A stretch of 64,000 nt of DNA from Chitinophagales bacterium. GTDB taxonomy: Bacteria; Bacteroidota; Bacteroidia; Chitinophagales; Saprospiraceae. Position numbers and translations under genes: made by a program. Positions 48,398 to 58,671 of this stretch are shown piece by piece. The notes beneath the pieces were generated by a model. It did no database searches. It was not told the origin of the DNA and worked only from the letters and a program-made list of their open reading frames with translations. Positions within the stretch are counted from its first letter, which is position 1; each line of letters starts with the position of its first letter. The stretch spans positions 2,704 through 66,703 of the forward strand of contig JBKDAM010000148.1 of NCBI GenBank assembly GCA_046316495.1, given 5' to 3'.

Positions 48398-51184
48398 ATG
48401 TTAATTTTTTTTAGACGGATCTATTCTATTTTGGGGGCTATTACGCTCTTCTTTATTTGCCTGACGCTTTTTTCTTGTATGGAGGAGCCATCAGGCCCTG
48501 GCTTTAAAATTGGCTTTTCCCAATGTTGTGATGATCCGTGGCGGCATGTGATGGAAAAAGAGATGAGGCGGGAAATGACATTCTACCCTGAGATGTCCCT
48601 TCATATTGTGAGTGCTGGAGGTAGCAGTGAACGGCAGATAGATCAAATTCGGCAGTTAATGCGCGAGGGATTAGATTTATTAATCGTTTCACCAAATGAG
48701 TCTGAGCCACTAACAGCGGTGATTGAGGAGGTATTTGATGCAGGAATTCCTGTGATTTTAATAGATCGCAAGACAAATTCAGACAAGTATACTGCTTACA
48801 TAGGAGCTGACAATTATGAGATAGGAGAGACAGCAGCACATTACATTGCGAATAAGTGGGGAGGGCGTTCCAATATACTGGAGATTAAGATGCTAATGAC
48901 TATTTCGCCTGCAATTGAGCGTAATCGTGGCTTTATGTCAGGGATGAGTATGTATCCTGGATTAAAAAAAGTAGGTGAAATCGAGTTGCCTTATTTGGAG
49001 AAGGATGGGGATGCTGCAATTGGAAGATTATTGAAGGAGCACCCAGAGGCAAATGTTGTTTTTGCGCACACAGATTTATTAGCGGAGACGGCGTACAGGG
49101 TTGCTCAGAGGGAGGGCGTTTCTACCCCTTTGGCCTATATTGGTATTGATGGGATTCCTGGTACTGGGAATGGGATTCAGGCGGTGGAAGATGGCGTATT
49201 AACTGCTTCACTCCTGTATCCTACCGGTGGGTCTGAAGCCATAAAACTTGCCTTGGCCATTTTGAATAGATTGCCTTTTGAGCGAAAGAATATTCTTCAA
49301 TCTACGGTAATTGACCGAGGGAACGCTCGTATACTTCATGCACAAATGAAAAAAGAGGCGAGTTTGCAAGAAAGTATAGATAAACAATCAAAGGGACTTA
49401 CAGAGCTCAAAAGTATTTATAGAAGTCAAAAGACATACATTTTTGTACTAGTTTCCAGTTTATTGATCTCTATCCTGCTGGGTGCATTTTTTTTGAAATC
49501 ACTGCGTACAAAGCAAGCTGTCAATCGCCGATTGGAGCAAAAAAATCGGGAAGTACTGGAGAATGAGCAGCAGATCATGGCGATGTCAGACGAGCTTAGG
49601 AGTGCTACCCAGGCGAAGGTTGACTTTTTTACTAACATTTCACATGAGTTTCGAACGCCTTTAACGCTGATTTTGGGATTTACGGAAGATTTATTTCCAA
49701 AATCAAAGCAAGACGCGGAAACAAGGCAAAATTTGCGATTGATCCAGCAAAATGCACAGCGATTGTTACGATTGGTTAATCAAATTCTGGATTTTAGAAA
49801 AGTGGAGAGCGAGGCAATGAAGTTGAGGGCATCGGAAAATAACATTGTTGCATTTGTTCGTGGGGCCATGGAGTCGTATTCTAAAAAAGCGCAGCAGCGG
49901 CAGATTGATTTTAAGCTTGTGACACGACATGAAGCGTTGTCGGTTTGGTTTGATCAGGGTATGTTGGATAAAGTGTTATTTAATTTGTTATCCAATGCGT
50001 TCAAGTTTACCCCTAATGGGGGGAGCATTCAAGTTTCTATTTCGGTAGATCAGTTTGAGAACAGGGTAAAGATACGAGTAGAAGACAGCGGAAATGGCAT
50101 GAGTCAAGAGGTGGCGGAGCATATTTTTGATGTTTTTTATCAAGCGCCGGATGGGCAAACAGTTGGCTCTGGACTTGGTTTGTCTCTTTCAAAGGCCTTG
50201 GTTGAGCTTCATAAAGGAGAGATTTCTGTTACAAGTATATTAGGGAAAGGATCAAGATTTGTGGTGGCATTACCTATGGGCAAGGAGCATTTATTACCAG
50301 GACAAATGGTGGATGAGGTCCACGATTATACCTATTTAGCGGCAGCTCAAATTTTTGAACAAGAGGAAATGGAGGAGGACATTATTGGACTCGGTAGTGC
50401 GGGTGTTCCAGATCAGCAAGTACTTGTAATCGAGGATAACGAAGAGATGCAATTTTTTCTAAAAAAGAAGCTTCGATCACGGTACCAAGTGATGTCTGCA
50501 ATAGATGGTGAGACTGGTTTGGAGCTAGCCTTGAAATCTGTTCCAGATTTAATATTATGTGATGTTCTCTTAAAGGGTATGAACGGTTTAGAGGTAGTGC
50601 GTTCATTAAAATCAGATTTAAGAACCTCCCATATTCCTATTATACTTTTAACTGCGCGGGGTTCTGAGGAACAGCAGTTAGAGGGTTTACGGACTGGGGC
50701 AGATGATTATATGACGAAGCCGTTTAACGTGAAATTTTTGTTAGAAAAAATCAAAAATCTACTGAATAACCGGCATTTATTGCGAGATAGTTTTGGAAAT
50801 AAGCTGCTTTATCTAGAAAGTACCGCTGGCACAGATCGTATAGTTGGGACGGAGCTGACCTTAGATGAGCAGTTTTTGGTCCGATTTAAGCAATATATTG
50901 ATTTACATTTTAACCGACAGGATTTTCAGGTAAACGATTTGTGCAAGGAGTTAAAGCTCTCTCGATCTCAATTATACCGGAAAGTGAAGGCTTTATTGGG
51001 GCAGAGCATAAGTGACTACATTCAAGATATACGTTTGGAGCGTGCAAGACAATTATTGACAGAAGGGCACAAAAGTGTTTCAGAGATTGCGTACGCAGTG
51101 GGTTATTCCTCTCCTGATTATTTTTCGACTGTTTTTAAATCTAAATATAATATTGCTCCTTCGCAGTTTAGCAAATCGATATAA
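48398..51184 (+). CDS. Hybrid two-component system protein: periplasmic sugar-binding (PBP1) sensor, HisKA/HATPase, receiver, AraC-type HTH
   Basis: 928 aa. It has an N-terminal helix and then a PBP-like region (KIGFSQCCDDPW..., LLIVSPNES, VILIDRK, GIDGIPG). A second helix (YIFVLVSSLLISILLGAFFL) follows. Then come FFTNISHEFRTPLT (H-box), DSGNGMS/GSGLGLS (ATPase) and VLVIEDNEEM...DLILCDVLL...K (receiver). The C-terminus has the HTH, SVSEIAYAVGYSSPDYFSTVFK. Confidence 0.9.
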   Translation: MLIFFRRIYSILGAITLFFICLTLFSCMEEPSGPGFKIGFSQCCDDPWRHVMEKEMRREMTFYPEMSLHIVSAGGSSERQIDQIRQLMREGLDLLIVSPNESEPLTAVIEEVFDAGIPVILIDRKTNSDKYTAYIGADNYEIGETAAHYIANKWGGRSNILEIKMLMTISPAIERNRGFMSGMSMYPGLKKVGEIELPYLEKDGDAAIGRLLKEHPEANVVFAHTDLLAETAYRVAQREGVSTPLAYIGIDGIPGTGNGIQAVEDGVLTASLLYPTGGSEAIKLALAILNRLPFERKNILQSTVIDRGNARILHAQMKKEASLQESIDKQSKGLTELKSIYRSQKTYIFVLVSSLLISILLGAFFLKSLRTKQAVNRRLEQKNREVLENEQQIMAMSDELRSATQAKVDFFTNISHEFRTPLTLILGFTEDLFPKSKQDAETRQNLRLIQQNAQRLLRLVNQILDFRKVESEAMKLRASENNIVAFVRGAMESYSKKAQQRQIDFKLVTRHEALSVWFDQGMLDKVLFNLLSNAFKFTPNGGSIQVSISVDQFENRVKIRVEDSGNGMSQEVAEHIFDVFYQAPDGQTVGSGLGLSLSKALVELHKGEISVTSILGKGSRFVVALPMGKEHLLPGQMVDEVHDYTYLAAAQIFEQEEMEEDIIGLGSAGVPDQQVLVIEDNEEMQFFLKKKLRSRYQVMSAIDGETGLELALKSVPDLILCDVLLKGMNGLEVVRSLKSDLRTSHIPIILLTARGSEEQQLEGLRTGADDYMTKPFNVKFLLEKIKNLLNNRHLLRDSFGNKLLYLESTAGTDRIVGTELTLDEQFLVRFKQYIDLHFNRQDFQVNDLCKELKLSRSQLYRKVKALLGQSISDYIQDIRLERARQLLTEGHKSVSEIAYAVGYSSPDYFSTVFKSKYNIAPSQFSKSI

Positions 51185-51195
51185 TGAATTTGTGT

Positions 51196-51223
51196 TGCAA
51201 CAATTTTGGGGGGTGTGCAACAA
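51196..51223 (+). promoter_or_regulatory. Direct repeat TGCAACAA-N12-TGCAACAA, candidate operator for the AraC-type output domain
   Basis: TGCAACAA occurs at 51196-51203 and 51216-51223, with starts exactly 20 nt apart. Each copy is preceded by GTGT/GTG. The repeat lies in the 203-nt spacer between the regulator and the first PUL gene. Confidence 0.3.
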
Positions 51224-51387
51224 AAGTAGGGTTTTGGGTCTATAATACCCTTAAATCATTTTGTAAAAAATTGAAAATCAGTTTTTTATAGACAATTTTT
51301 TTTTGATACAAACTTAAAGGAGTTTGAGAAAATAATACGGGGTACAACATCTGAGGTGTGGTGACATTTGTGAAAAATCATCACACC

Positions 51388-52755
51388 ATGAAATTTAATA
51401 AGGTAATAGTCTGGTCAGTAACCGTTGCATTAGGCGGTTTTTTATTTGGTCTTGATACGGCGGTGATATCCGGTTGTGAACGGACAATACAGCAGCTTTG
51501 GGGATTGAGTGATGCTTTAACTGGTCAGATGGTAGCCATGGCGCTTTATGGTACGATTGCCGGGGCTATATTTGGAGGTATTCCTGCAGATCTAATTGGA
51601 AGAAGAAATACCCTGTTTGGTATTGCAATAGTATATTTGATTTCAGCGATAGGCTCAGCGCTATCCCCAGAGATTTATTCTTTAATGTTTTTTCGCCTTC
51701 TAGGCGGATTAAGTATTGGTGCTTCTTCTGTAGTGGCGCCTATGTATATAACTGAAATTGCCCCAGCGGAAAAGAGGGGACAGTTGACTGCGCTGTTTCA
51801 GTTCAATATTGTATTTGGAATTTTACTAGCCTATTTATCGAATTGGATAATTGGTACGGAGGGAATCAGTAATTGGAGATGGATGTTAGGGGTAGTTGCG
51901 GTTCCGTCTTTATTGTTTGTAGTAGCAGTCTTATTTATTCCGGAGAGCCCCAGATGGTTGGTGCTAAAGCAAGGTCGTTCGGATGCAGCGTTAGCTATAC
52001 TAGAGCAAATTAATCTCCAAACGGCAAAAACGTCTTTGGAGTCGATCATGCAAGGCAATTCAGATCAGGATAGCAAGCGGGTTTCTTACAAGGAGCTATT
52101 TAGTGCGAACTACCGATTTTCCACACTTCTTGCGTTCTTATTTGCTTTTTTCAATCAAGTTTCAGGTATTAATGCCGTCATCTATTACGCGCCTCGCATT
52201 TTTGAGGATGCCGGTATGGCGACTAGTTCAGCCTTGTTATCCTCTGTTGGAATTGGATTGGTGAATTTGGTATTTACCATGTTTGGCTTAGCCTTAATCG
52301 ACAGAATAGGACGTAGGACCTTAATGTACATAGGGTCCATTGGGTATATCATTTCATTAACTCTTATTGCGTGGATTTTCCAGTCTGATAGTACACTGGG
52401 TAGTTATTTATTGCCCGGATTAATATTTGCATTTATTGCGGCTCATGCTATTGGACAAGGGGCTGTTATCTGGGTATTTATTTCAGAGATATTTCCGAAT
52501 AGAATTCGGTCGTGGGGGAATTCTTGGGGAAGCAGCACACATTGGGTGTTTGCGGCTTTAATAGCGGGTAATTTTCCATGGTTTGCACAACGATTCGGTC
52601 AGAGTAGTTGCTTTTCCTTTTTTGCCTTAATGATGGCATTTCAACTTCTTTTTGTCTGGAAAATGATGCCAGAGACAAAAGGTGTCCCTCTTGAAGAAAT
52701 TGGAGGTGCGCGACAAACAGGTGATAAAACTTCATACGATAGTAAGGTTGATTAA
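51388..52755 (+). CDS. MFS sugar porter family transporter (XylE/GLUT-like)
   Basis: Motifs: GRRNTLF, PESPRWL, PETKGVPLEEI and VFISEIFPNRIRS. The likely start is the ATG at 51388 (MKFNKV). The ORF-track GTG is at 51358. Confidence 0.85.
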   Translation: MKFNKVIVWSVTVALGGFLFGLDTAVISGCERTIQQLWGLSDALTGQMVAMALYGTIAGAIFGGIPADLIGRRNTLFGIAIVYLISAIGSALSPEIYSLMFFRLLGGLSIGASSVVAPMYITEIAPAEKRGQLTALFQFNIVFGILLAYLSNWIIGTEGISNWRWMLGVVAVPSLLFVVAVLFIPESPRWLVLKQGRSDAALAILEQINLQTAKTSLESIMQGNSDQDSKRVSYKELFSANYRFSTLLAFLFAFFNQVSGINAVIYYAPRIFEDAGMATSSALLSSVGIGLVNLVFTMFGLALIDRIGRRTLMYIGSIGYIISLTLIAWIFQSDSTLGSYLLPGLIFAFIAAHAIGQGAVIWVFISEIFPNRIRSWGNSWGSSTHWVFAALIAGNFPWFAQRFGQSSCFSFFALMMAFQLLFVWKMMPETKGVPLEEIGGARQTGDKTSYDSKVD

Positions 52756-52807
52756 GGTGGGAGAAGTAATTTTTTCACCTTAATATTTTTCATTAAAAAC
52801 GATTAAA

Positions 52808-53719
52808 ATGTCTAATAATCAATCTATTATTTGTTTTGGCGAAATGTTATGGGATTTGTTGCCCACCGGAAAAGTGGAAGGTGGCGCACCGATGAACGTC
52901 GCTTGTCATGCTGCACGACTTGGCCATCCTACCCGGATGATTAGCAGGGTTGGGGATGATGAATTGGGTAATAGTTTGGTCCGTTTTTTAAGTTCTAAGA
53001 ATGTGAATGTTCAATCTGTCCAGTTTGATCCGGTCATTCCAACAGGTACAGTGGAGGTTACCTTGGATGAATTAGGTACTCCTAGTTATGAGATTGTTTA
53101 CCCTTCTGCATGGGATTTTATTCAATCTAGGTCGGAGGAGGAGGCGTATGTGCGGGGAGCAGGGGCCTTTGTATATGGTAGTCTTATCTGTCGTGAAATG
53201 CAGAGCTGTACCACCCTATTCCACTATTTGAAGTTGGCCAAGCTTAGGGTATTTGATGTAAACCTACGTACTCCCTTTTACTCAGAAGAAGGTATTCGGG
53301 CACTGTTGTTAGTAGCTGATATAGTGAAGATGAATTTGGAGGAGTTAGAAATTATTGCTGGCTGGAGTAATTACGAGGGAGCAGTTGAGCGGCTTATGGA
53401 GCAGTTGTTTGAGCAATTTGGATGGTCTGTTTTGGTGGTTACATTAGGTTCGGGGGGGGCTTATGCCTACACTTCGGCTGGGCTCTATTATGAAAAGGGG
53501 GTAGCTGTTTCTGTGGTGGATACCATAGGTTCTGGGGATGCCTTTTTGGCTGGCTTTATTCACTATTATTTGCAAGAAAAGCCCACGGGTCAGGCATTGC
53601 GATATGCTAATGCTTTAGGGGCGTTTAATGCCCTGTTTTCTGGGGGGACACCTGTCATTACGGAAGGTGCATTTGAGGCATTTTGCGCCGAGAATCAGTT
53701 AATAATTGACTTCAATTAA
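52808..53719 (+). CDS. PfkB-family carbohydrate kinase, fructokinase-like
   Basis: 303 aa. It has an N-terminal GEMLWDLLP...GGAPMNVA and a C-terminal VDTIGSGDAFLAGF (DTxGxGD). It sits next to the GH32 gene. Confidence 0.8.
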   Translation: MSNNQSIICFGEMLWDLLPTGKVEGGAPMNVACHAARLGHPTRMISRVGDDELGNSLVRFLSSKNVNVQSVQFDPVIPTGTVEVTLDELGTPSYEIVYPSAWDFIQSRSEEEAYVRGAGAFVYGSLICREMQSCTTLFHYLKLAKLRVFDVNLRTPFYSEEGIRALLLVADIVKMNLEELEIIAGWSNYEGAVERLMEQLFEQFGWSVLVVTLGSGGAYAYTSAGLYYEKGVAVSVVDTIGSGDAFLAGFIHYYLQEKPTGQALRYANALGAFNALFSGGTPVITEGAFEAFCAENQLIIDFN

Positions 53720-53720
53720 T

Positions 53721-55328
53721 ATGCTTATGTTCAAACAAAACTGTCAGCTTCTCCTTACAGCGCTTGTAATTGCGTTGGTCCTAGGTGGGTGTAATCGCAG
53801 AATGGCTGTTAAACCAGGCACCTATGGTGAGCAGCATCGCCCTCAATGGCATTTTTCCCCACCTCAGAAGTGGATGAATGATCCAAATGGTATGTTTTTT
53901 TACGAGGGGAACTATCATTTATTTTACCAACATTACCCTGAAGCAAGTGTATGGGGCCCTATGCATTGGGGGCATGCTGTTAGTAAAGATTTAGTACATT
54001 GGGAGAACCTACCGATAGCGATTTATCCGGATTCACTTGGGTATATTTTCTCTGGAAGTGCAGTTGTGGATAGACAAAACAGCTCGGGTTTGGGGAGTTT
54101 GGAAAATCCACCAATTGTTGCTGTATATACCATCCACGATATGGTTGCTCAAAAAGCTGGGAGGTTAGATTGTGAGAGTCAAGGGATCGCATTTAGTTTG
54201 GACAAGGGAAAAACCTGGACTAAATACGGCAAGAACCCTGTGCTTCCTAACCCAGGCAACATTCCAGATTTTCGTGACCCTAAAGTTAGTTGGGATCCAA
54301 GAAATTCCAATTGGATTATGGCACTAGCTGCTGGAGATGTCATCAGTTTTTGGAGCTCGAAGAATTTAATTAGTTGGGAGCATTTGTCTGATTTTGGGAA
54401 AGGGTTGGGAGCTCATGGGGGAGTGTGGGAATGTCCAGATTTATTTCGGATGAAGGTAGAGGGTACGAATGAGCATAAGTGGGTATTGGTGGTTAATTTG
54501 AATCCTGGAGGTCCTAATGGTGGCTCTGGTACGCAGTATTTTGTAGGAGAGTTTAATGGTAGGCAGTTTATTCCGGATGCTTCGTTTTTATCCTCCATTT
54601 TGAAAGGAGCTGGAGTTTGGTTGGATTATGGAAGGGATAATTATGCGGGTGTTACTTGGTCAGATATTCCTGAAAGCGATGGGCGTAGGATACTGATTGG
54701 TTGGATGAGCAACTGGGACTATTCGAATGTTGTCCCAACAGAGACCTGGAGGAATGCGGCTACCCTTCCAAGGAGTTTGACATTGCACAAGACAAAGCAA
54801 GGTTATAGGGTTTTTTCCAATCCGATAAAAGAGCTACAATCTATCAGAGGGAAAGAGACAAGCTGGTCTTTTTCAGGCCTTAAATCGGGGCAATTTGTAA
54901 CGCCTAAACTTCCCTTTTCTCCGTCGCAATCTGAGTGGGATTTGGAGCTAGAACTTCCGGAGGGAAGTGTTGGAAAATATTGGATAGAGTTGTTTAACGA
55001 TTTCGGAGAGCGGTATCGAATCGGCTATGATGCTGGTAGTAAACAGCTTTTGAGCGACAGGACAAAATCTGGTCCTAATCAATTTTCAGACCGTTTTGCA
55101 CGGAGTATCCATGCTGCACCGCTATCACTTTCTGGCAGCAAGCTTCGGTTGCACCTACTTTTTGATGTGGCTTCTGTAGAAGTATTTGCAGAGGAAGGGA
55201 GTACCGTCATGACGGAGCTGTTTTTCCCTACTCGGCCCTTTACTTCGGCGAAATTAGTTACGGAGGGAGGCGATTTATTGTCTGCCAAGGGGAGGACATG
55301 GCATCTTAAAAGGGTGTGGCCTAAGTAA
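53721..55328 (+). CDS. Glycoside hydrolase family 32 (beta-fructofuranosidase / exo-fructanase type), exported
   Basis: All three GH32 signatures are present: WMNDPNG (nucleophile), FRDPKV (RDP) and WECPDLF (EC). The lipoprotein-like N-terminus (LVLGGC) starts at the ATG at 53721, 2 nt after the kinase stop. The ORF-track TTG is at 53706. Confidence 0.9.
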   Translation: MLMFKQNCQLLLTALVIALVLGGCNRRMAVKPGTYGEQHRPQWHFSPPQKWMNDPNGMFFYEGNYHLFYQHYPEASVWGPMHWGHAVSKDLVHWENLPIAIYPDSLGYIFSGSAVVDRQNSSGLGSLENPPIVAVYTIHDMVAQKAGRLDCESQGIAFSLDKGKTWTKYGKNPVLPNPGNIPDFRDPKVSWDPRNSNWIMALAAGDVISFWSSKNLISWEHLSDFGKGLGAHGGVWECPDLFRMKVEGTNEHKWVLVVNLNPGGPNGGSGTQYFVGEFNGRQFIPDASFLSSILKGAGVWLDYGRDNYAGVTWSDIPESDGRRILIGWMSNWDYSNVVPTETWRNAATLPRSLTLHKTKQGYRVFSNPIKELQSIRGKETSWSFSGLKSGQFVTPKLPFSPSQSEWDLELELPEGSVGKYWIELFNDFGERYRIGYDAGSKQLLSDRTKSGPNQFSDRFARSIHAAPLSLSGSKLRLHLLFDVASVEVFAEEGSTVMTELFFPTRPFTSAKLVTEGGDLLSAKGRTWHLKRVWPK

Positions 55329-55397
55329 GAAAATTCGGAGTTGAACCTTCATTTTTTTGATTGCATATGTTCATTTTTTATTCAAACTTTTTTCGTT

Positions 55398-58300
55398 ATG
55401 AAATTCAAACTACTATTTAGTCTTGCGCTGTTTTTGACGGCTCAGGTTACGTTTGCTCAACGGAACCTGACCGGCAAGGTAACAGATGCAGAGACCAGCG
55501 AGCCATTAGCCGGTGCTACGGTGGTGGTTACTGGTACCAACGTTGGCACCTTGACAGATGGCAACGGTGCTTTTCAACTAAAAGCTGGCAATGATGCAAC
55601 AACGCTTACTGTATCTTATACTGGATACAACTCACAAACGATTGCTATTGGAGCCTCCAATGTAATCGACGTCGTGTTGCAGGCGGGTGCAGTTCTTGAT
55701 GAGGTGGTAGTCACCGGTTATGGCACGGAGCGTAAGAAGGACCTGTTAGGTGCTGTTGCTATCCTTGACATCAAAGATGTAGAGGATGTAGCAAATCCAA
55801 ATGTGTTACAAAGTATGCAGGGTCGGGTTGCTGGAGTGAATGTTGATCAATCTGGAGACCCGGGTCAAGGAGTACGGGTGCGGGTTCGAGGAACCAGTAC
55901 TTTAGGCAAGTTGACCGATCCATTATACATTGTAGACGGAGTTCCTGTTCAGTCGTTTGTATCCAATGAAAACAACTCAACTATACCGCAAAGTTGGGAT
56001 CTTTCTTGGTTAAATCCGAACGACATTGCTTCTATTCAAGTGTTGAAAGATGCCTCCTCGGCTTCGATTTATGGAGCTAGGGCGTCTAATGGAGTAGTAA
56101 TTATTACGACAAAACAACCAGGTAAGCAGAAGCCTAGGGTTGATTTTAACTTGAGAACCAGTTTAGAAAATTGGAATGATTACGATGATTTGACGAATAA
56201 CAGAGAGCGGGCAATAGTTGAATGGCAGGGAGCTGTTAATGATGGAACCAATCCAGATAACACAGGTATTTATAAGTACAAATGGCATCTTGATCCTAGT
56301 TTAGGACCTGGTATTCAAGGAAACGGGGTTCCTGTCTTGGACGAGATAATTTATCCTGAGTGGTTAGACGAAGAAGATCAGCTTAGGCCTTCAGGTCATC
56401 CGCAGAGTATTTATGGAGGTAATATTGAAGAGGGAACAGATTATTGGAAGGAGATTTCTCGTAGAGGGTATATGCAGAACTATGATTTAGCTTTTTCTCA
56501 AGGCAATGAGCGAGGAGGAGTACAGTTTGGTGCCAATTATTTTGATCATCGTGGAGTGGTTATTAATTCCAACTTTAAGCGGATGGGTATGCGGATGAAT
56601 TCAAATTTCAAATTTTTGGATGGTAAAATAACGATTGGAGAAAACCTAACAGTTTCGCGGGGACAGCGATTGCTTTTGGACAACGGCTTTGGTGGCACGC
56701 CTGAGCAGGCTCCTTACCGTTACAAATCTATTTTGCCGGTTCGGACGGAAGATGGTCGTTTTTCTGGTCCTCCCGGTGGTGGGTTTTCGGATCGTGACAA
56801 CCCGGTTGCGTTATCTGTGGATAATCAGGATGATCGAAGCAGTAACGTAAAGGTATTTGGTAATATTTACACAGAGGTTAAGTTGCTACCTACGTTGACA
56901 TTCCGGAGTAGTTTTGGAGGTGATTATGACAATATTTTCTCGAAGGATATCTTTCGCACCTATTCCCGGGGATTTTTGGCGAATACTACCGCTGAGTTGC
57001 AGTTAAGACAAACGCATCAGACCAACTGGGTTTTTAACAATACATTATCCTATTCAAAAGTAGTTGGTCGGCATAATTTGAATGTACTTGGCGGTACGGA
57101 AGCTATTCGCAATAACGTCAATATTTTTTCGGCGAGTGCAAAAGGTTTTGCACAGGAGACAGTAGAGTATTTTCAACTTAGCGCAGCATCTGGGGAGCGC
57201 ACTTCCTCAGGCATGAGTACGGGTTTTTCGCTATTCTCCTATTTTGGGAAGATCAATTATGATCTAAATGATAAGTATTTGGCGTCAGTAACGGTGCGTC
57301 GGGATGGTTCTTCTCGTTTTGGTACCCAGAATCGTTTTGCTGTTTTCCCTGCGGCTTCAATTGGCTGGAGGGTATCGGAGGAGGATTTCCTAAAAAACAA
57401 CGAGTTGATATCTAATTTGAAAGTCCGAGCGGCATGGGGTCAGACGGGCAATCAGGATATTTTGAACGATGCACGTTTTGGGCTTTACAGGGCGGTATAT
57501 GCTCCAGCAAGTAATATTTTGCCTTGGGACGCTGGTTGCGCTCAAGCCCCATGTGCGGATGCAGCTACCTCTTATGATATTGGAAACAATGATTCTGGCA
57601 TATTGCCTTCTGGATTTTTAGCTACTCAAACAGGGAATGACAAATTGCGTTGGGAGACTACCACAGAGGCCAATTTTGGACTTGACTTTGGTTTGATGAA
57701 GGGTCGATTGAACGGTACGATAGAGGTGTTTAAGCGTTCTACTAAAGATATCTTGGTACAGCCAAAACAAATTGCAGCGTTTGGAGATGGGGCATCTCAA
57801 TGGGTAAATGGTGCTTCGATGGAAACAACAGGTTGGGAGGCTTCTTTGGACTATAATGCGGAGAGTAAGGGTGATTTTCGGTATTCAGTTGGGGTGAATC
57901 TTTCCCATTACAATTCAATTATTACAGAACTTCCTGAAAGTTTGTGGGCCTCTTATGCAGGCAATGCTGAACAAAACATTATTGGTCAGGCACCAAATGC
58001 ATTATTTGGATACCGCACGGACGGCATTTTCCAGAATCAGGCGGAAGTGGAGGCTCATGCAGAGCAGGTAGGTAAGCGAGTTGGGGCACTTCGGTATGTT
58101 GACTTAAATAATGATGGGGTGATCAATGCGCTTGATCAGGAATATGGACCTGCTAATGGAGTTCCTGTGGTAGAGTTTGGGGTGAACTTTCAGGCAAAGT
58201 GGAAAAAATTTGATTTCAGTTTATTTACATGGGGTAATCTTGGTAGGGTTGTCACTCCCGATGTATACCGTATGGAGCTAGGCTCTTTAGATAACGGTGA

Positions 58301-58649
58301 AAATGGAGGTGTTAATCAACTGGATGCTTGGTCCCCAACGAATACAGGCAGTTACATACCTGCGGCATCTAACAGTAATCGCCCATTTGGATTTTCTTTG
58401 GATTATAACGTAAGGAACGGAAATTACCTGTCCTTGCGTCAGGTAATGTTGGGATATACTTTTGATCAACAACCCGATAGCCCATTTTCGAATCTTCGGA
58501 TATATATCAGCGGTGAAAACCTAGGTTGGTGGGTAGATCGTAAGGGCTCAAATCAATACGTTCAAACGGGTTGGTCCATAGAAAACCGTTTGGCGGGCAT
58601 TTACCCAAAGGCTCAGCGATTCTCTCTTGGGGTAACAGCCAGCTTCTAA
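55398..58649 (+). CDS. SusC/RagA-family TonB-dependent outer-membrane transporter
   Basis: The protein is about 1080 aa. It has a signal peptide from the ATG at 55398, a carboxypeptidase-regulatory-like N-domain (GKVTDAETSEPLAGATVVVTGT) and a plug (SIQVLKDASSASIYGARASNGVVIITTK). It ends in the aromatic terminus ...SLGVTASF. Confidence 0.9.
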   Translation: MKFKLLFSLALFLTAQVTFAQRNLTGKVTDAETSEPLAGATVVVTGTNVGTLTDGNGAFQLKAGNDATTLTVSYTGYNSQTIAIGASNVIDVVLQAGAVLDEVVVTGYGTERKKDLLGAVAILDIKDVEDVANPNVLQSMQGRVAGVNVDQSGDPGQGVRVRVRGTSTLGKLTDPLYIVDGVPVQSFVSNENNSTIPQSWDLSWLNPNDIASIQVLKDASSASIYGARASNGVVIITTKQPGKQKPRVDFNLRTSLENWNDYDDLTNNRERAIVEWQGAVNDGTNPDNTGIYKYKWHLDPSLGPGIQGNGVPVLDEIIYPEWLDEEDQLRPSGHPQSIYGGNIEEGTDYWKEISRRGYMQNYDLAFSQGNERGGVQFGANYFDHRGVVINSNFKRMGMRMNSNFKFLDGKITIGENLTVSRGQRLLLDNGFGGTPEQAPYRYKSILPVRTEDGRFSGPPGGGFSDRDNPVALSVDNQDDRSSNVKVFGNIYTEVKLLPTLTFRSSFGGDYDNIFSKDIFRTYSRGFLANTTAELQLRQTHQTNWVFNNTLSYSKVVGRHNLNVLGGTEAIRNNVNIFSASAKGFAQETVEYFQLSAASGERTSSGMSTGFSLFSYFGKINYDLNDKYLASVTVRRDGSSRFGTQNRFAVFPAASIGWRVSEEDFLKNNELISNLKVRAAWGQTGNQDILNDARFGLYRAVYAPASNILPWDAGCAQAPCADAATSYDIGNNDSGILPSGFLATQTGNDKLRWETTTEANFGLDFGLMKGRLNGTIEVFKRSTKDILVQPKQIAAFGDGASQWVNGASMETTGWEASLDYNAESKGDFRYSVGVNLSHYNSIITELPESLWASYAGNAEQNIIGQAPNALFGYRTDGIFQNQAEVEAHAEQVGKRVGALRYVDLNNDGVINALDQEYGPANGVPVVEFGVNFQAKWKKFDFSLFTWGNLGRVVTPDVYRMELGSLDNGENGGVNQLDAWSPTNTGSYIPAASNSNRPFGFSLDYNVRNGNYLSLRQVMLGYTFDQQPDSPFSNLRIYISGENLGWWVDRKGSNQYVQTGWSIENRLAGIYPKAQRFSLGVTASF

Positions 58650-58671
58650 TTCATTTACAAAACAAAGTGTT

